Assembly (NCBI RefSeq): GCF_001194135.2
Contig: NC_069002.1
Location: 30,308,773-30,350,617 of the forward strand
Direction of reading: 5' to 3'
Length of the DNA: 41,845 nucleotides
Origin: Octopus bimaculoides
Taxonomy: Eukaryota
The position numbers and the translations under genes are program-made. This document shows positions 37,301-41,845 of the stretch, piece after piece. Positions within the stretch are counted from its first letter, which is position 1. Every line of letters begins with the position of its first letter. The notes beneath the pieces are model-generated. The model had not been told where the DNA came from. It searched no databases and saw only the letters and a program-made list of their open reading frames with translations.

Positions 37301-40300
37301 GGTGTGAACCTGCAACATAGAACAGCCAAATAATCAACATATGTACACTGTAGAAGGTACACACACACACACACACATGCACAAACACAAACACATACAT
37401 TGGCATGCATACATCATTAATTGAAACCCCTCCTTTGCAATAAAACTGTTTTTACTCGACAAGTTTCGAGTGTAACTGAACCTTTAGCGTTTAAACTGGC
37501 CATATCTAGCCCAAATAATCTTCTTGTCTTACGCTCAAACTGGCCAGATCTGGCCTCTCACACTTACCCTAAAATGTTTTTCTAAACATAAATGATCACA
37601 TGATCATAAAATTTAAGCTTCAAGATAATGCATGATTAATTAAAAATAATGTGAATAAATAAGCATTGCAGTTGACAGAGCAGTCTCAATGCTAAAGGGT
37701 TAAACCAGGCACATCCAGGCCAAATATTCTACCTGTTGTATATGTTCGAAACCAACCAGATCTGGCCTCTCATAGCTACCCTGCAACGTCATTCAAAAAT
37801 AAATGTCATCAAAATAAAACCATAGGCACAGGAGTGACTGTGTGGTAAGTAGCTTGCTTGCCAACCACATGGTTCCGGGTTCAATCCCACTGCATGGTAT
37901 CTTGGGCAAGTGTCTTCTACTATAGTCTCGGGCCGACCAAAGCCTTGTGAGTGGATTTGGTAGACGGAAACTGAAAGAAGCCCGTCATATATATGTATAT
38001 ATATATATATGTGTGTGTGTCTGTGTTTGTCTCCCCAACATCGCTTGACAACCGATGCTGGTGTGTTTACGTCCCCGTAACTTAGCGGTTCGGCAAAAGA
38101 GACCGATAGAATAAGTACTAGGCTTACAAAGAATAAGTCCTGGGGTCGATTTGATCGACTAAAGGCAGTGCTCTAGCATGGCCACAGTCAAATGACTGAA
38201 ACAAGTAAAAGAGTATTGAAATCTCAAAGCTCTGAGACAAAACCTGATTAATTCAAAACAATATGAACAAAGGAGATGACAAGAAGACCGAGATATGTGG
38301 CGCATTGCTGTACTCAAGAAAACCCATCCACTACAACAGAATTGAGATCCTACAATGAAACTGCCACATAGAAAGCACTGGTGTTCATGTCATGTAAAAA
38401 GCACTGGTTATGGTGCCATGTGTGGAGGCGCAATGGCCCAGTGGTTAGGGCAGTGGACTCACGGTCAGAGGATCGCGGTTGTGAATGTTTATTGAGCGAA
38501 AATACCTAAAAGCTCCACGAGGCTCCGGCAGGGGATGGTGGCGACCCCTGTTGTACTCTTTCGCCCCAACTTTCTCTCACTCTTTCTTCCTGTTTCTTGA
38601 GTAACGCTGCGATGAACTGGCATTCCGTTGAGCTGGGAGGAACACATACGCCATAGAAACCGGGCCCACGAGCCTGGCTAGGCTTGAAAAGGGTGAAAGA
38701 AAGAGATGGTGCCATGTAAAAAGCACCCAGTACACTCTGTCTGTAAAGTGGTTGACATTAGAAAGGGCATCCAGCTGTAGAAACCAAGCTAAATACCACA
38801 ACCACCACATTCATGCAAACACCCTATGACACCACCACCACCAATAACAACACCACTGCCACCACCACCACCAAAATGTGCGTCTTACCTTTTTCTGTCC
38901 CTCAATGAGCAGATAGGGAGTGTTTGGCGGTTGTTCCTCATTAAAGATGGACGATGCCAACTTTTGTGGGGCCCAGGCACTGAAGAGTAAACCCAAGAGC
39001 TGGGCCGATACCAGTTGGACCCACATATGGGGGTACAGCATCAACTCCTGCACATTACCTGGAGAGAGAGAGAAAGAGAGAGAGAGAGGCTGATTAGAAA
39101 TAGAGAGGAGGAGTGGGAGGGAGGAAGATGAGTGGGGTATGTGAGTGTGTGTGTGTGTATATATGTATGTGCGTAGACGTGTGTGTTGTGTGGGTGGGAG
39201 AGGACAGAAATTCATATGTTTGATAAATGTTTTTCCTTTTATCTCTTACTTGATTCAGTCATTGAACGGTGGTCATGCTGGGGCACTGTTTCCAAAGGTT
39301 TAAGTTGAACAAACCAACCCCAATACTGGGAGGTGAGGGGGGGAGTGTTTTAAAGTCTGGCACTTATTCCATCAGTCTCTTATGACCGAAGCGTTAAGAA
39401 ATAGTACTCAAATACAAGAGGTAGAGTAACATGCCTTATTAACAAAATTGCAAAAACTGTTACTCAGAGTTTCACGTTCCCATTCGTCGGACAGTTTTGA
39501 ACCAAAACTGTCCAACAAACGGGAATGTGAAATTCTGAGTAATTTTGTGATGTTTTTGCAGTTTTGAGCATGATCGTTACCAGCATTGCCTTACTGGCAC
39601 GTGAAAAAACATTTGAGTGAGGTCATTGTCAGTGCCGCTGGACTGGCTCCTGTGCAGGTGGCACGTATAAAACACCATTTTGAGCGTGGCCACTACCGCC
39701 TGACTGGCCTTCGTGCCGGTGGCACGTAAAAGCACCCACTACACTTGTCTTCTCCACAACATGATGACCAGTGTCAGTGTGTTTATGTCCCTGTAACTTA
39801 GCAATTTGACAAATGAGACTGATAGAATAAGAACCTAGATGTAATAAAAATTAAATTACTGGGGTCAATTTGTTTGACTAAGCCTCCAGCATGGCCATAG
39901 TGCAATATAAAAAAAAAGTTAATGCAATATGGAAAAGGGAGGGAAGGAGGGGAGGGAATGGTAGATCAGGTAGAAAGGTTAATGTTACCCCAGATGGAAT
40001 TGGTCTCTTTGATGAATTTCTTGTCTTGTAAGACATCACAGCACCTCGCTATTTTCAAGAAGGTGTTCAAGCTGTTATATAACAAACGATCTTGGTCATG
40101 TTCCACAGAAGTCAAACTTGTCTGCAAAAGAGAGAAGGAAGTAATTAAAAAAAATATAGTCTTTTTTAATTCTTCATTTCAAAATTAAAAGAAGAGAGAG
40201 GACTGATGATAAGAGGTAAGAGGAAGAGCATAATGCCATTGGAAATCTACCGTGACAAATTTTGTCAAATTCATGCAGGCATGGCACAGAAAAGTAGACA

Positions 40301-40486
40301 TAAAACAATGACATACACAGACACACACTCACACACAGATAGACAGATACTTACATTGGTAAAACCATCTTTACTCGTATGTTTTGTGAGGAGAGGTAAA
40401 AACACAGGTAGCCTCTTCTTGAAGTCCATTTTCTCTGTCTCTGCAAAAAGTCCAGACACCTGGGCAGCCACCATTTTTAACTGGAG
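29804..40486 (-). CDS. UTP20: UTP20 (SSU processome component 20), 3' part, 8 visible exons
   Basis: Exons splice in phase and follow the C-terminal order of human UTP20 as recalled: AAQ..GLF..E..DF.KRL; DRLL; HPH.WV...AQ..GLLF; L.W..RK; FK..AAVA.DLG; DP.LK.L.QE..ELLKK; KKRK basic tail. Confidence 0.93.
31281..31426 (-). CDS. UTP20: UTP20 penultimate coding exon
   Basis: (D)PKLKALTQEVLELLKKTVG...RKQRKAVE. Acceptor atttcag; donor GAG|GTGAGT. Confidence 0.93.
31987..32113 (-). CDS. UTP20: UTP20 exon
   Basis: RSYVFKWFAAVAIDLGPDLLTDIIHIVLPALHRELNNTRRMP. Acceptor cgttacag; donor CCAG|GTTGGT; phase 0-1. Confidence 0.92.
32286..32470. repeat. Near-perfect inverted repeat, 86-bp arms, 13-bp loop
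   Basis: 32286-32371 pairs with 32385-32470, with 1 mismatch. Confidence 0.95.
32471..32980 (+). mobile_element. RTE LINE 3' portion spanning a gap
   Basis: VQERRLRWYGHVVRMEEDSCVKKCH precedes the gap; 3' UTR and (GAT)n follow it. Confidence 0.8.
33130..33462 (-). mobile_element. Tc1/mariner deletion derivative with transposase C-terminal relic and one TIR
   Basis: PRWIGRRDHVEWSPCSPNLSPLGFFFWGMLKEKVY resembles WIGR..W.PRSPDLTPLDFFLWG. A TIR TA-CAGGGTGTTCACAAAGTC lies at 33443-33462. Confidence 0.82.
34424..34912 (-). CDS. UTP20: UTP20 exon with long Glu/Asp-rich linker; 5' end hidden in gap 34913-35360
   Basis: 163 open codons, KVKVNKAEGE...EEEE...YRVSLPWVTRKMIHEAHYENIHNPRCVLK. Donor AAG|GTGAGG. 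The 3' end resembles human TLLWLIQKLSRIAKLEAAYSPRNPLK as recalled. Confidence 0.88.
34913..35360. other. Assembly gap hiding the 5' end of a UTP20 exon
   Basis: 448 N. The frame is open at the left edge, and a minus-strand pyrimidine tract abuts the right edge. Ten other N gaps occur, mostly flanked by microsatellites. Confidence 0.9.
37238..37309 (-). CDS. UTP20: UTP20 72-nt exon (missed by ORF track)
   Basis: Acceptor atgttgcag; encodes VHTLVLNSIGQLQTTLLQKQQAEQ, comparable to human ..SCHQLHSKFLDQSLGEQ as recalled. Donor CAG|GTAAAC; phase 0-0. Confidence 0.87.
37826..38213 (+). mobile_element. Full-length SINE of the same family, inserted into a MITE
   Basis: Head, internal (TA/TG)n and 3' tail ..GAAACAAGTAAAAGA are present. 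MITE sequence resumes at 38214. Confidence 0.85.
38889..39058 (-). CDS. UTP20: UTP20 exon
   Basis: (G)NVQELMLYPHMWVQLVSAQLLGLLFSAW...IEGQKK. Acceptor tctctccag; donor AAG|GTAAGA. Confidence 0.92.
39443..39566. repeat. Foldback element with 40-bp inner arms and 15-bp outer arms
   Basis: 39460-39499 pairs with 39503-39542 (5 transition mismatches, 3-nt loop). The outer segments 39443-39457 and 39552-39566 also pair. Confidence 0.85.
39989..40121 (-). CDS. UTP20: UTP20 exon (missed by ORF track)
   Basis: Acceptor cttttgcag; encodes TSLTSVEHDQDRLLYNSLNTFLKIARCCDVLQDKKFIKETNSIW(G); phase 0-1. Confidence 0.9.
40355..40486 (-). CDS. UTP20: UTP20 exon
   Basis: LQLKMVAAQVSGLFAETEKMDFKKRLPVFLPLLTKHTSKDGFTN. 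Donor AAT|GTAAGT. An alternative in-phase acceptor would start the exon at 40480. Confidence 0.88.
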
Positions 40487-40806
40487 CTGGATAGAAGAAT
40501 GGAAAGAGAGAGAAATGATAGAAAGGTGACAAATAAAAGAAATCAGAGACGAAACAATAATATGAAGTATAAGAACTGACCTCACCTGTGCTTGTGCCAC
40601 GTAAAAAGCACTAAGTCAACTCTGCCAGGTGGCTGGTGTTAGAAAGGGCAGCCAGCTGTAAAAGTCCTGCCAGAACGATCACAGAAGTCTGGTGCAGGCT
40701 TCTGCCTGGTCAGCTCCTGTCAAACCGTCCAACCCATGCCAGCATGGAAGGCAGATGTTAAATGATTCCGAGGTAACATATAAACATCTACAGTAGAACC
40801 TAAATA

Positions 40807-41027
40807 TATGAGGGCGTGCTGAAAAGTTCCTAGCTTTAAGGGTATCGCGAAAGGCTTGCTTGGAGGCCCAACCTTCTGAGTTCTTTTACAGGGCTTAGAA
40901 AAACTGAAGGACTGCTGCAATAAGTGTGTGAATCTGAGAGGGGAATATGTTGAATAAAATCACAATTAACTGATCCTCCTGTATTTTCTTTTACCCACAG
41001 ACAAGAACTTTTTAGCATCCCCTCATA
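40807..41027 (+). mobile_element. Mariner non-autonomous element with both TIRs
   Basis: TA-TGAGGGCGTGCTGAAAAGTTC ... GAACTTTTTAGCATCCCCTCA-TA. The interior encodes LQGLEKLKDCCNKCVNLRGEYVE*, a mariner C-terminus. Confidence 0.85.
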
Positions 41028-41845
41028 CAGAGTCTTTAGAATATGAGATACAATGCTTCATGTTATTCGTTCCAATTCCTTGTGCATCAAGTTAAAACCC
41101 AGCCAAGGTCATTTTTGTTTTTTGTTGAGATTCAGCTATGTGGTTACCAGACGTCTGTCACTGAAGAAACTGAGTAGGTTGAAATCACATGATCTGGCAG
41201 TTCCAGCAGCCATAGCAGACAATTCTCATCTGCCAGTGATATAAATATGCATGTTTTTATGCATCATGTGTATATATGAGAGGTCTTCTCAAGGTGAATT
41301 CCACAATATTTGCCAATATAACAAAAACAACCACGTTTAGTTGGATATAAAGATTACCAATCTACTAATCCAAACAATGGATTAGCAGGAACATCAGACC
41401 AGATAAATTGTAGTATTTGCTCTGGTCCTTTGCACTGCAGGTTCAAATGCCACTATGGCTTACATGGGTAGTAGACTTAATCTATCGCCCAGTTTAACAC
41501 TAAATACCTGCTACCTTCGGATACCTTTATTAAAGGGTACCACATGGCTGCAAGCATTTGTGCCAGGTTTCTGGGTTGAAGATATCTTCTTCTCTCCCTC
41601 TCTCTCTGACCACCTGAGAGGCCCCTCCAATGGGTCATGGGCACTGCACCTAAACCCTGACTACAAATCAAAAAAAAATAATAATAAAACCCTGCATGCT
41701 ATACATAAAGTTTTACAGCATGTATATATATAAATGCGTGTGTGTGTCTGTGTGTGTATATATATATATGTATATATACACACACACACACACACACACT
41801 GTTTTAAATAATATATATAACTCTTACAAAATATGTTGAGTGCCT

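Noticed and set aside
41100-41240. Minus-strand segment with an acceptor-like site, considered as the next upstream UTP20 exon
   Set aside because: Every frame meets a stop or a phase mismatch with the phase-0 exon at 40486, and there is no convincing match to the expected sequence.

Overview
AT-rich, microsatellite-laden, gapped animal genomic DNA. The repeat families look octopus-type (cephalopod); the species is inferred, not proven. Most ORFs in the supplied track are microsatellite or N-gap artefacts. Manual splicing supports three intron-containing genes. (1) Minus strand, 11938->6264: the first two coding exons of a nanchung-type TRPV channel, with later exons not found in the window. 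(2) Plus strand, 17255->28832: a complete 7-exon, 298-aa gene with four PGYxGYxP-type repeats, resembling C10orf82/SPMIP5 and the FAM166/CIMIP2 ciliary microtubule inner proteins. It is almost invisible in the ORF track and lies head-to-head with nan. (3) Minus strand, 40486->29804: the last eight visible coding exons of UTP20, including an enlarged acidic linker, convergent with gene 2. The rest is tRNA-derived SINEs, RTE and R4/Dong LINE 3' ends, Tc1/mariner relics, MITEs and four long inverted repeats. Best leads: a possible RFX-controlled ciliary gene pair (nan plus the MIP gene, with X-boxes in nan intron 2), a stack of R4/Dong 3' ends separated by (TAA)n, and near-perfect intronic hairpins that could be ADAR substrates. 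I found no evidence of a wholly new multi-gene system beyond these.
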